NCBI GenBank assembly: GCA_012838425.1
Contig: DUPG01000021.1
Span: 21,413-85,412 of the forward strand
Source of the DNA: Clostridiales bacterium
GTDB taxonomy: Bacteria; Bacillota; Clostridia; Christensenellales; CAG-138
Length of the DNA: 64,000 bases
Direction: 5' to 3'
The number at the start of each line of letters is the position of its first letter. Position 1 is the stretch's first letter. The notes below the pieces were generated by a model that saw only the letters and a program-made list of their open reading frames with translations, had not been told where the DNA came from and ran no database searches. Of the stretch, positions 46,572 through 55,682 are shown in pieces. Position numbers and translations under genes: made by a program.

Positions 46572-47345
46572 TTATTTTGGGGTGCTATCAGTAAGCAAAA
46601 ATGAATGGGCCTTGCAGAATTTTGCGATTGCTTTAATCGTGTGCTCGCCGCAAATGCCGTCAGGCACACCGCAGTAATAGCCCAAAGCATTTAGGGCAAT
46701 TTGTAGGGCTTTTATATCATCACCACGCATTAGAGGAGTTTTTATTCTCAAAACGCTTGGCACTTCTATAATTTCTTCATACGAAAACAGCTTAGTCATT
46801 AGCCCGCGATACTCCCACTTGTACTCGCTTTCCCTTGTAATAACGCAGCCATACATCAAGCCCCTATTATGCAGAAACAAGGGTTTCCCGCTATGCTCAA
46901 AGCCGAAGACCCAGCCTATGTGCGCCTTTTTCGTGCTTGTGCCATTAAAGACCGCTTCTCCAATTACCCATGGCCTATTTATGTCATCGATTGCACCTTT
47001 TTGGGTGCAGTGCTTTACGAAAACGCCGTTTGCGGTTGTGCTTAAATCTAAAAATTTGCTGAGCAAGCCCACACAATCGCCGACCATTACCTGTCTTTCG
47101 ACCCAGCCTTCTGTTGCTTTTTTATATTGCTCGCGTGAGTAGCTTATATGTTTTGAATAGTGGTTCTTCCAGCATTCTTCAAGCAATTCATGAGTGGCTA
47201 TTTCACCTTTTGTGCCTTCTAAGCACTCCCATTCACCCTCAGAACCAATCCTCTCATATGGAATCGGGTATATTGCGTCAACAGGCGCGCTTGCCTTTTT
47301 CACGTGCGTAAGCGCAAAGCGTATGAATTCATGTATGTTTGCCAT
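46572..47345 (-). CDS. putative NlpC/P60-like cysteine peptidase with C-terminal PG_binding_1 domain, no signal peptide
   Basis: 257 aa. GDCVGLL (Cys motif resembling DCSGL) and AHIGWVFG (His motif resembling HVGIY). The C-terminus GDDIKALQIALNALGYYCGVPDGICGEHT is a peptidoglycan-binding repeat. GAGAGG RBS. Confidence 0.55.
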   Translation of the reverse strand: MANIHEFIRFALTHVKKASAPVDAIYPIPYERIGSEGEWECLEGTKGEIATHELLEECWKNHYSKHISYSREQYKKATEGWVERQVMVGDCVGLLSKFLDLSTTANGVFVKHCTQKGAIDDINRPWVIGEAVFNGTSTKKAHIGWVFGFEHSGKPLFLHNRGLMYGCVITRESEYKWEYRGLMTKLFSYEEIIEVPSVLRIKTPLMRGDDIKALQIALNALGYYCGVPDGICGEHTIKAIAKFCKAHSFLLTDSTPK

Positions 47346-47475
47346 GTTTACCTCTCCAGCGCATTTATTTAAAATATATGTTGCTCATTTCAATATAGAA
47401 TGAAGAGTTCACTGCTTGTGAATTATTGAGTGTATTCCAGCATAAATATTTCTAAATCATGTTGAGGAGCGGAAA

Positions 47476-48120
47476 ATGGAAACTAATTTAAGCAATTTTT
47501 CAAGCTATGAGCCGCATAGAAGGGCTAAATATAATCACCGTAATTTGAGGAGAAGCCGCAAGAACAGCGGCGGACTTATGCCGATTAAAATTGGCTTATG
47601 TGTGGGAATATGCCTTGTTGTGGTAATGGTGAATGTGTTTCTTTCACCGCTTATGGCACGCGTAACGCAGATTGCCGAAGAGCCGAAAAGCACCGATGAC
47701 GGCGTATTAGGCAGGCTGCGGTTTGTGGAGCTTCCCGGTATTATTGAGGTCTTTGCGGGAGGTGACAGGTTGACTCTCCCTGTGAATTATCAATCGGCTT
47801 CGCTTGACGCGACAAGCACCGAGCTTGAATTAAAGTGCGCACCATACGCGACTGTAACAACCTGTGCCGAGGGTGTTGTAAAAAGCATAGGTATAGACGA
47901 TAGACTGGGAATGTATATAGTAATTCGCCATGACGGTGATATAGAGAGCTTATACTATGGGTTTAGCGCAATTACGGTTGAGGAAGGTCAACCCATTGAA
48001 AAGCTCGACACATTGGGCGTATTAGATGAAAATGGGCTGCTTGTTATGAAGATAAATCATTCGGGCGTGCCTAAGAACCCATGCGATTACTTTCCTGTTT
48101 CATCAGTAGCGAAAAAATAG
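47476..48120 (+). CDS. SpoIVFA-like membrane protein with degenerate M23/LytM domain
   Basis: 214 aa with one TM (IGLCVGICLVVVMVNVFL). C-terminal LytM-like block IVIRHDGDIESLYYGF...MKINHSGVPKNP lacks the full metal-ligand set. Sits immediately upstream of the spoIVFB-like gene, as in B. subtilis. Confidence 0.6.
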   Translation: METNLSNFSSYEPHRRAKYNHRNLRRSRKNSGGLMPIKIGLCVGICLVVVMVNVFLSPLMARVTQIAEEPKSTDDGVLGRLRFVELPGIIEVFAGGDRLTLPVNYQSASLDATSTELELKCAPYATVTTCAEGVVKSIGIDDRLGMYIVIRHDGDIESLYYGFSAITVEEGQPIEKLDTLGVLDENGLLVMKINHSGVPKNPCDYFPVSSVAKK

Positions 48121-48121
48121 T

Positions 48122-49009
48122 ATGGAATTATTCACAATCGGAAGAATAAGCGTGCGATGCAGCATATTTTGCCTGCTGTTTATTCTAATTGCAGTAGCAT
48201 TCAATTCATTGCTGACATTTTTTCTGATTACACTTGCGCTGACTTTGCACGAGGTATGCCATACATTTGTAGCTGTAAGGCTGGGAGTTGAAGTAAGCGC
48301 AATTGAGATTCAACCATTCGGCTTCGTAGCAAGGTTGAGAACAAAGAACATACCCTGCAGCGACGAGCTATACATATCCGCAGCAGGTCCTTTATTTAGC
48401 CTGCTATCCGGCTTATGCGCAGTTGCTATTATGCAGTTGACTTCATTTGAAAGCAAAGTATTATGGGACTTTGCATTGATTAGCATTTCTTTGGGTGTGA
48501 TTAACCTTCTTCCTGCCCTACCCCTTGACGGCGGGCGAATGTTAGCCGCAATTATTGAGCGTGTTTCATCATATCGCACAGCATTGCTGATAACTGCGTG
48601 GATTGGGATAATAATTGCTGTAATTGCGATAATAGCCGGAGTATATATACTGCTTTTCTATTCGGTAAATGTAACGCTGCTTATTATGGGCTTGTTTTTG
48701 CTTTTTGCAGCTATTAAGGAGATTAAGCTATCACGAACAGCTAAGATTTCTGAAATGTTCAGAAGAAGTAATGCGTTAAAAAGCGGACACTCCTTGAGAA
48801 TAAACCAGCTTGTGCTTCACAGGGGCGTATATGCTATAGACGCGCTGAAAATGCTAAACTCAAACAGCTATAATGTGTTTGTAGTATTAGATGACAGTAT
48901 GCAGAAGCTAGGCGAATTCGGGGAAAATGAGCTGTTGCGCTCGTTAGCTTCTTTAGGAAATGAAATCACAGTCGGCGACATAGCAAAAAGGGCAAAAAAC
49001 AGCGGCTGA
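48122..49009 (+). CDS. spoIVFB: M50 site-2 protease, SpoIVFB-like (with C-terminal CBS-like domain)
   Basis: 295 aa. HEVCH (HExxH) in a TM helix and NLLPALPLDGG (NxxPxxxLDG). Polytopic. Confidence 0.8.
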   Translation: MELFTIGRISVRCSIFCLLFILIAVAFNSLLTFFLITLALTLHEVCHTFVAVRLGVEVSAIEIQPFGFVARLRTKNIPCSDELYISAAGPLFSLLSGLCAVAIMQLTSFESKVLWDFALISISLGVINLLPALPLDGGRMLAAIIERVSSYRTALLITAWIGIIIAVIAIIAGVYILLFYSVNVTLLIMGLFLLFAAIKEIKLSRTAKISEMFRRSNALKSGHSLRINQLVLHRGVYAIDALKMLNSNSYNVFVVLDDSMQKLGEFGENELLRSLASLGNEITVGDIAKRAKNSG

Positions 49010-49023
49010 TTGCTCAGCCGCTG
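48994..49023 (-). terminator. rho-independent terminator of gdhA, embedded in the 3' end of convergent spoIVFB
   Basis: Perfect 10-bp stem CAGCGGCTGA (49000-49009) / TCAGCCGCTG (49014-49023). On the minus strand it is followed by TTTTTTGCCCTTTTT. Confidence 0.6.
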
Positions 49024-49049
49024 AAAACTCTCAGCAAGGAGTCTAATTA

Positions 49050-50399
49050 TTATACATAGCCCTGAGCTATCATAGCTTCTGCAACCTTCTTAAAGCCTGC
49101 GATGTTTGCACCTGCAACGAGGTTGTAGCCAAGACCGTACTCTGCAGCTGCCTCAGCAGATGCCTTGTGTATATTCTTCATTATTGTAACCAGTCTCTGA
49201 TCAACTTCTTCTTCGCTCCAAGAGAGTCTCAAAGAGTTCTGGCTCATCTCTAAGCCCGAAACTGCAACACCGCCAGCATTAACTGCCTTTGAAGGCGCAA
49301 CAATCAAGCCCTTCTCCATCAAGAAATAGAGAGCTTCGTTTGTTGTGGGCATATTTGCAACTTCGATATAGTACTTAGCGCCGCTTGCAACTATCATCTT
49401 AGCGTCATCCATATTGACTTCGTTCTGATATGCGCAAGGCATATAGATATCAGCCTTCTGCTCCCAAGGCTTTTTGCCGGGGAAGAATTGAACGCCGGGG
49501 AACTTATCTGCATAGTCCTTAGCGCGGTTGCGGCCCGAATTGCGCATTTCACGCATATAGTCGTGCTTTTCTTTTGTTGAAATGCCTTCGGGGTCATAGC
49601 AATAACCGTCGGGACCTGCGAGAGTTACAACCTTAGCGCCCAGCTCTGTAGCCTTAACTGCAACGCCCCATGCTACATTGCCGAAACCGGACATAACGAT
49701 TGTTTTGCCCTTTATTGTATCCTTCTCATGCTCTAATACTTCATTGAGGTAATATACAGCGCCAAAGCCTGTTGCTTCGGGACGAATCAAGCTGCCGCCG
49801 TATGACAAGCCCTTGCCTGTAAGAACGCCGTTCTCGTAATTGCCACGAATCCTCTTATACTGACCGAACATATAGCCAATTTCGCGTGCGCCTACGCCAA
49901 TATCACCAGCAGGAACGTCGGTATTAGGACCGATATGACGATAGAGCTCAGTCATGAAAGCTTGGCAGAAACGCATGATTTCGCCGTCGCTCTTTCCTGT
50001 GGGGTCAAAATCTGAACCGCCCTTGCCGCCGCCCATGGGCAATGATGTCAAGCTGTTTTTGAATGTCTGCTCGAAAGCCAAGAACTTCATAACAGAAAGG
50101 TTTACATGGGGAGCAAAGCGCAAACCGCCCTTGTAGGGACCAATAGCACTATTAAACTGTACTCTGTAACCGCGATTTACTTGGGGTTTTCCGCTATCAT
50201 CTGTCCAAGTTACACGAAACTCAACAACGCGCTCAGGTTCAACCATTCTCTCCAAAAGCGACATCTTCTGATATTCGGGATGCTTGTCAATGATAGGCTC
50301 TAAAGACCTAAGAACTTCTTCAACTGTTTGGATAAATTCTGGTTCGTGCGAGTCCTTCTTCCTAACTTTTTCAATGACCTCTTCGATGTAAGCGTTCAT
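49050..50399 (-). CDS. gdhA: NADP-specific glutamate dehydrogenase
   Basis: The ATG at 50399 (MNAYIEEVIEKV) is preceded by GGAGGTATTTC. The ORF-track extension to 50498 lacks an RBS. Contains the GGGKGGSDFDP catalytic-Lys motif and a Rossmann GFGNVAWG. Confidence 0.93.
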   Translation of the reverse strand: MNAYIEEVIEKVRKKDSHEPEFIQTVEEVLRSLEPIIDKHPEYQKMSLLERMVEPERVVEFRVTWTDDSGKPQVNRGYRVQFNSAIGPYKGGLRFAPHVNLSVMKFLAFEQTFKNSLTSLPMGGGKGGSDFDPTGKSDGEIMRFCQAFMTELYRHIGPNTDVPAGDIGVGAREIGYMFGQYKRIRGNYENGVLTGKGLSYGGSLIRPEATGFGAVYYLNEVLEHEKDTIKGKTIVMSGFGNVAWGVAVKATELGAKVVTLAGPDGYCYDPEGISTKEKHDYMREMRNSGRNRAKDYADKFPGVQFFPGKKPWEQKADIYMPCAYQNEVNMDDAKMIVASGAKYYIEVANMPTTNEALYFLMEKGLIVAPSKAVNAGGVAVSGLEMSQNSLRLSWSEEEVDQRLVTIMKNIHKASAEAAAEYGLGYNLVAGANIAGFKKVAEAMIAQGYV

Positions 50400-50460
50400 G
50401 GAAATACCTCCGAATATTTTTTTGCCAAAACTTTTTCCACACATCTTGGCACTATCGTTA

Positions 50461-50489
50461 TCATAAAACAATAATAGTAAAAAGTCAAC
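50461..50489 (-). promoter_or_regulatory. candidate promoter for gdhA
   Basis: Minus strand reads TTGACT (50489-50484), 17-nt spacer, TATGAT (50466-50461). Confidence 0.45.
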
Positions 50490-50604
50490 GAATAACAAGA
50501 GATATATTGAATATAATTAAGCGCATTTGCCTGCTTTATAATTCATAATTGATACTTTATAGACATACCTATTTGATAATGAATGAATTGAACGGTGATT
50601 CTAT

Positions 50605-51189
50605 ATGATGAACGCTTTTTGGGGGATAATTATTTTCGCGAGCCTGCTGTTTGGACTGATAGCTGGGCAGAAGGGCGAGCTTATCACCGCATTGATTACT
50701 GGTGCAAACGATGCGGTTATACTTGTTTTCAATCTTGCGGGCGCATACATGGTATGGATGGGGCTAATGGAGGTTGCTAACGATATGGGAGTTGTTAAAA
50801 AGCTATCAAACGCCGTTCAGCCGCTGCTAAAAAAGCTGTTCCCTAAATCAAAAAGCGCAGTTGCGCCTATTACGCTAAACCTTGCAGCTAACTTTTTCGG
50901 CTTAGGAAGTGCCGCTACGCCATTCGGAATAAAAGCTATGCAGGAGCTGCAAAAGTACAACCCCCACCCTGCAATCGCGACTACCGAAATGTGTATGTTT
51001 ATTGCATTAAACGCGTCAGCATTGGAGCTTTTGCCTACTACTGTGCTTTCTATGCGCGCAGCCGCGGCTTCTAATAATGTGTATATAGTTGTTGTGCCTA
51101 CATTTATTGCTTCTATCGCGGCATTTGCTACTGCTGTTTTGTGCTGTAAATTCTTTGAATCCTTAGAAAAAAGAAAAGGGAATTGCTGA
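50605..51189 (+). CDS. spmA: spore maturation protein A (nucleoside-recognition/Gate domain membrane protein)
   Basis: 194 aa, polytopic. Paired with a second similar protein, as in B. subtilis spmA-spmB. Confidence 0.75.
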   Translation: MMNAFWGIIIFASLLFGLIAGQKGELITALITGANDAVILVFNLAGAYMVWMGLMEVANDMGVVKKLSNAVQPLLKKLFPKSKSAVAPITLNLAANFFGLGSAATPFGIKAMQELQKYNPHPAIATTEMCMFIALNASALELLPTTVLSMRAAAASNNVYIVVVPTFIASIAAFATAVLCCKFFESLEKRKGNC

Positions 51190-51190
51190 T

Positions 51191-51700
51191 TTGGAAGTAA
51201 TTATACCCATACTGCTGCTTGTTATGTTCATAGCGGCGGCATATAAGAAAACAAGCGTGTATGATTCATTTGTACGCGGGGCGAAAAACGCACTTCCTGT
51301 GCTTGTTTCTATACTTCCATACTTGGCGGCTATGTTGGCTGCAATAAATATTTTCAGGGCATCGGGAGCGCTGCAAGGCTTCATAGACTTGTCATCACCT
51401 GTTATGGAGAGCATAGGAATACCAAAAGAGCTCACGCCGTTGGTAGTCTTACGCCCTTTTTCGGGAAGTGCCGCAATAGCTTTGTTAGACGATATATTCA
51501 AGACCTGCGGACCTGATTCATACCAAGGAGTATTGGCTTCCGTTATGTTAGGCTCAACGGAAACGATATTCTACACAGTAGCGCTATATTTCGGCTCAAT
51601 AGGAATAAAGAAAACGCGATACAGCATACCTACAGCACTAATAAGCGGCATAGCGGGAATTGCGGCATCTATAATTGCAGTAAAGCTCATGTATGATTAA
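51191..51700 (+). CDS. spmB: spore maturation protein B
   Basis: 169 aa. TTG start 1 nt after the spmA stop. Polytopic Gate-domain-like protein. Confidence 0.75.
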   Translation: MEVIIPILLLVMFIAAAYKKTSVYDSFVRGAKNALPVLVSILPYLAAMLAAINIFRASGALQGFIDLSSPVMESIGIPKELTPLVVLRPFSGSAAIALLDDIFKTCGPDSYQGVLASVMLGSTETIFYTVALYFGSIGIKKTRYSIPTALISGIAGIAASIIAVKLMYD

Positions 51701-54700
51701 GACTTATCCTTAGTAACGCCAAGCTGAACAGCTGCGCCCTTAAACACAGGGAGCTTTTGAATGTTTCTTCTTTTTAGCTTCTGCACAAACTCCTCTTCAC
51801 TCATAGGCATATCGAAATAATAGCCCTGCACAATATCACAGCCTGCACTACGCACCAACTCAAACTGCTCCTTAGTTTCAACGCCCTCAGCAATGGTTAA
51901 CAGCTTGTGCTTCTTAGCATAGTAGAATACACATTCTAAAATAGTGTCTAACACCAATGATGATTTGTTGCTCTTCAATAAGCTCTTATCTATTTTAATA
52001 ATATCGCATTGAACATCCTTCAACAAAGCTAATGTAGAAAGACCTGTGCCGAAATCGTCAATCGAAACCAAGAAGCCTGCCTCTCTTATGCTGTTCATGC
52101 AGGATACTATGCTGTCGTGATTGAATACGAATGCGGACTCGGTGAGCTCAATTTCCAACAGTCTGCGGGGAATATCATACTTTGCCGCAGTCGATATCAG
52201 GCGATATACGAATTCGGGCCCGAAGTTATGCACGCGCGAGAAGTTTACCGAGATGGGTACGCAGGGATTGCCCAAGTCAATTTGCTTGCGTAAAAACTCG
52301 CACACGGTTTCGAACATGAACCAATCAAGCTTGATAATCAGCTTGTTTCTCTCAAACAGGCTAATAAACCTTTCCGGCAATAACAGCTCGCCATTAGGTT
52401 TTTTCCAGCGCACCAACGCTTCTGCGCCTACAACCTTTTCAGTCTTACAGTCATATTTAGGCTGATAGTAGGCTATGAACTCCTTGTTCTGCAAAGCGTG
52501 CTCCATGCTGCTGCTCAGCCGTAATTCCTCCATCATTCTTTGGTGGATTTCATTGCTGTAAATAGCTATGTTGTTTTCGTAATTGCCTTTTATTGTACGC
52601 TTTGCTGTTCGCGCCTTATCAAGCATTGTGCTAATATCTTCGCTATAATCATCGATTTCATATAGACCGTAGCTCAATAGCAGGTTAAAGCCTTGAATCA
52701 AGTTCTTTAATTTCTTGTCAAGCGCTTTGATTGCCTTCATAGCCGCTTGCACATTATCGAAAGACAATAGCGCGACGAAATGATCGGATTCAGTATGTGC
52801 GCAAATATCATTTTCACCGCAAATATTGGATAAGTGGCTTGCTACCTTACGCAGCAAATCATCGCTTATTTCGCTGCCGAAGAAGCAATCTAAATTCTCG
52901 AAGCGGTTTATATCGAAATCGAGGACATATCTCTTCTTATTGTCATTCTTATTAGCAAGAAGCTCTGTCGCCTTATGCTTGAAGCCATAGTAATTGAGAA
53001 TGCCCGTAAGCGAATCCTTATATTCCTTTACGGTAGTGACTTCAAACAGAGTTTTCTTGCGGGTGTTTTCATGTATGCTTTGCTTGATTTGGTACATAGT
53101 GTCCTCAGCTTTTTTCTGAAGCAAACGCATAAACATAGGGCTGATGTGAGTTACCTTTTCATCTATATAGCCGCACGCCGCAGAAAGCTTGAAGGTGCTT
53201 TGCTGATTGTATCGCTCTATCGCGTTTTCTAACTTTTGAAGCACATTTTCAGGCACTTCGTCAACGAAAATCAGCGCGAATTCATCTCCGCCAATTCTGA
53301 AGCACTCGCCTACTCCACCCGAAGCAGACTGCATACACATAGCAAGCGCGACAATGAGCCTGTCGCCGACTTCGTTGCCGTAATTGTCGTTAATAGCCTT
53401 TGTTCCGTTAATATCAGCAATTATAATTGCTATGCGGCTGAAAGAAATATTGCCGCTGCCCAACTCCATTAGCCTTTGGTCGTATGCCGCGCGGTTGCCT
53501 ACGCCTGTCATAGCATCGGTATATGCCATACGCTTGTAGAGATTGAAGTGAACATGCTCGCTCGTGAGCTTCTGGTTCTTATTCCACGCTATGAATGACA
53601 AGAACACCAAGTATGCCGATAAGCTTGCACGGCATAACAGCGCATAGCCTTTTCCATATCTATAGCCTGCGCAAAGCAACGCAATGATCAAGAAGAAAAG
53701 TAAAGAGCCTGCAAAAACTACCTTTGCCTGTGGAGCCCGCTTAAAATTCCTGTAAAGAATGGACAAGAGAATCAGCACGGACACTGTCATTATTACTATA
53801 GTAATAGCAAGTGAATTCTCTAATCCCATTATTCCCGTTAGGTACAGGAATGATATTAGAAATACATTCAAAATATGCAGTATAGAAAGTAAATAGAAAG
53901 CCCTTGCTCCCCTTTGAGTTACGCCCTTCAAGAACAAAAAGTACGGTATGGGCATTACCATGAAGGTGTAGTATTTTATAAGCTCGATTAAGCGACCGTT
54001 TTTGAGCAATAGCTGCAGCAGCTGCGAATCTGCCAACATCCAAATAGCTGTAAGGAAAATATGGAATGACAGGTACAGAGTCGTCATGCTGCTTTCGCTG
54101 TCTAATCTGCGCTGAGATGTGAACATTATAAGCAATGCTATGCTGAATGCAAACAGCGCACCTACTATCGCGAAAGACGACGCCCTTTGCTGCAAAAACA
54201 GCGACAACGCCGAGCCGCTTGAGCCTATGCTTATGTCCGGAATCTTAACCTTGTTGTTTACGCCTACAAGCTGTACCGAAAGCGTTTTGCCTGCTGAGTT
54301 CGCAGGGATATGCACTACGCAGTAGTTATTGCCTATTATGTTCTGCGGGTCGGACAGATCTTCCATAGCATAATCAAAAATAACGTCGTCATTTATAGAT
54401 ACGCGAACAGCTTGAAGCTCACTTAAGAAAAACATTGTATTATATAAGTTCACTTCATTTGGCAGAGTTTTATATAAAGTAAATGACTTTTTGTTGATTA
54501 CTCCTAACTGGTCTAAATGAGATACATGAACGGTTTTTGCTTCATCAAAATAGTACCATGATGCGCCAAAGTCCATGTAATCATCAAAATCGATAGCTGA
54601 ATCAGATTTGCCGAAATTATAGCCTTTTAAGAAAAATAATACAACAACAGAAACTACTATTACTGCAACCAAAATTGCAAGCACTCGTAACGGCCTAAAG

Positions 54701-54756
54701 CCCTTGTTCGAAGTGTCTTGACTATTTGCAAAGTTAATATTGCTTTCAGCAATCAT
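51697..54756 (-). CDS. membrane c-di-GMP signalling protein: 7TMR-DISM-like sensor + GGDEF + degenerate GGDEF + EAL
   Basis: 1019 aa. N-terminal TM, ~150-aa extracytoplasmic domain, then seven predicted TM helices. GGDEF domain 1 has an intact RIGGDEF. Domain 2 reads TESDHF at that position. The EAL domain has EALVRW, DDFGTG, EGVET and QGYYF. Confidence 0.85.
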   Translation of the reverse strand: MIAESNINFANSQDTSNKGFRPLRVLAILVAVIVVSVVVLFFLKGYNFGKSDSAIDFDDYMDFGASWYYFDEAKTVHVSHLDQLGVINKKSFTLYKTLPNEVNLYNTMFFLSELQAVRVSINDDVIFDYAMEDLSDPQNIIGNNYCVVHIPANSAGKTLSVQLVGVNNKVKIPDISIGSSGSALSLFLQQRASSFAIVGALFAFSIALLIMFTSQRRLDSESSMTTLYLSFHIFLTAIWMLADSQLLQLLLKNGRLIELIKYYTFMVMPIPYFLFLKGVTQRGARAFYLLSILHILNVFLISFLYLTGIMGLENSLAITIVIMTVSVLILLSILYRNFKRAPQAKVVFAGSLLFFLIIALLCAGYRYGKGYALLCRASLSAYLVFLSFIAWNKNQKLTSEHVHFNLYKRMAYTDAMTGVGNRAAYDQRLMELGSGNISFSRIAIIIADINGTKAINDNYGNEVGDRLIVALAMCMQSASGGVGECFRIGGDEFALIFVDEVPENVLQKLENAIERYNQQSTFKLSAACGYIDEKVTHISPMFMRLLQKKAEDTMYQIKQSIHENTRKKTLFEVTTVKEYKDSLTGILNYYGFKHKATELLANKNDNKKRYVLDFDINRFENLDCFFGSEISDDLLRKVASHLSNICGENDICAHTESDHFVALLSFDNVQAAMKAIKALDKKLKNLIQGFNLLLSYGLYEIDDYSEDISTMLDKARTAKRTIKGNYENNIAIYSNEIHQRMMEELRLSSSMEHALQNKEFIAYYQPKYDCKTEKVVGAEALVRWKKPNGELLLPERFISLFERNKLIIKLDWFMFETVCEFLRKQIDLGNPCVPISVNFSRVHNFGPEFVYRLISTAAKYDIPRRLLEIELTESAFVFNHDSIVSCMNSIREAGFLVSIDDFGTGLSTLALLKDVQCDIIKIDKSLLKSNKSSLVLDTILECVFYYAKKHKLLTIAEGVETKEQFELVRSAGCDIVQGYYFDMPMSEEEFVQKLKRRNIQKLPVFKGAAVQLGVTKDKS

Positions 54757-55001
54757 TGCTTTCCCCTATACTCTGCATGAAAGCAGTCGAGCGCATATTC
54801 AGAACCCATAAAGTAATTTTATCCTCTTTTTTGGCGAAAATCAATATATTTGCGATACAAACAATATGAACTTTGAAATAATATTTTGAACAATTTGAGA
54901 AATACGCAAGCTCTCATATAAATACTTGATGGCAAGTAAAATTTGCTTTCGAACAGGCAGCATCGAAGAAGCGAATAGCGGCTTATCAGCAAAACGCTCT
55001 G

Positions 55002-55030
55002 TTGACTTTATCCTTTAAATGCTTTATCAT
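55002..55030 (+). promoter_or_regulatory. candidate promoter for the 55068 gene
   Basis: TTGACT (55002-55007), 17-nt spacer, TATCAT (55025-55030). Confidence 0.45.
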
Positions 55031-55067
55031 CAATTTTAGACAAAAAACCAACCATAATAGAGGTATT

Positions 55068-55679
55068 ATGCCTAAGCCGAACGACAAAAAAACGGTTATA
55101 TCATTGCTGATTCTTCTAAGCATTATCGGTTTTTGCATATATGCTATTTTTGCGCGAATGTTTTCTTTGAGTCCTGTGGTAACTCCAAGGGAAACCACTG
55201 TGCCAAACACTGGTCAAAACGATAAGCCCACCGTAAAGCAGTTAATAAACAACATAAAGCGAGTAAATGGAAGCCTGTTAAAGCCTAATTCTGAGGATAG
55301 CTATGCTTTGATAGTCTATAATAACGACTCCCACGGCGAAATGACTATCGCCATAGATAACGGCTGTGTTGAAATGATCGTGATAGAGTATCCTGCACCC
55401 ATAAAACCGGAAGAACCCGATGATGCTTTTCCCATAAAGGTTGAGCTGTATAAAATGGATTTGAAAAAGTATTACGATTACTGCGACGAGATTTGTATTT
55501 CTGTTCAAACCGTATTCGACGGATATTTGAACGGACGTGCGATTTCAAATGCCGATGCACTGAAATTTGAATTAGCAATAAAAGACGCTATTGAGAACAA
55601 GTCAAGCGCAGCTTTGACTGCTGGCGGTATAAGCATAACGATAAAAAGCGGCGATACGCTTAGAATAATAATCGAATAA
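55068..55679 (+). CDS. hypothetical membrane-anchored protein
   Basis: ATG at 55068 after AGAGG. N-terminal anchor VISLLILLSIIGFCIYAIF. No recognised motif. Confidence 0.5.
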   Translation: MPKPNDKKTVISLLILLSIIGFCIYAIFARMFSLSPVVTPRETTVPNTGQNDKPTVKQLINNIKRVNGSLLKPNSEDSYALIVYNNDSHGEMTIAIDNGCVEMIVIEYPAPIKPEEPDDAFPIKVELYKMDLKKYYDYCDEICISVQTVFDGYLNGRAISNADALKFELAIKDAIENKSSAALTAGGISITIKSGDTLRIIIE

Positions 55680-55682
55680 GCG

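Noticed and set aside
46124-46690. 188-aa ORF on the minus strand
   Set aside because: It runs antisense through the whole hsp20 gene, its terminator and the 3' end of the neighbouring gene. It has no RBS and its composition looks like translated antisense.
50400-50498. 33-codon N-terminal extension of gdhA
   Set aside because: It has no RBS and would overlap the predicted promoter. The ATG at 50399 has a GGAGG RBS and matches the usual GDH N-terminus.
54757-55001. Largest non-coding gap (~250 bp beyond the predicted promoter), checked for a tRNA or other sRNA gene
   Set aside because: It is AT-rich with no cloverleaf-compatible stems, no T-loop GTTCGAATC-type motif and no terminator-bounded unit. 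It is probably just the DGC/PDE promoter region.
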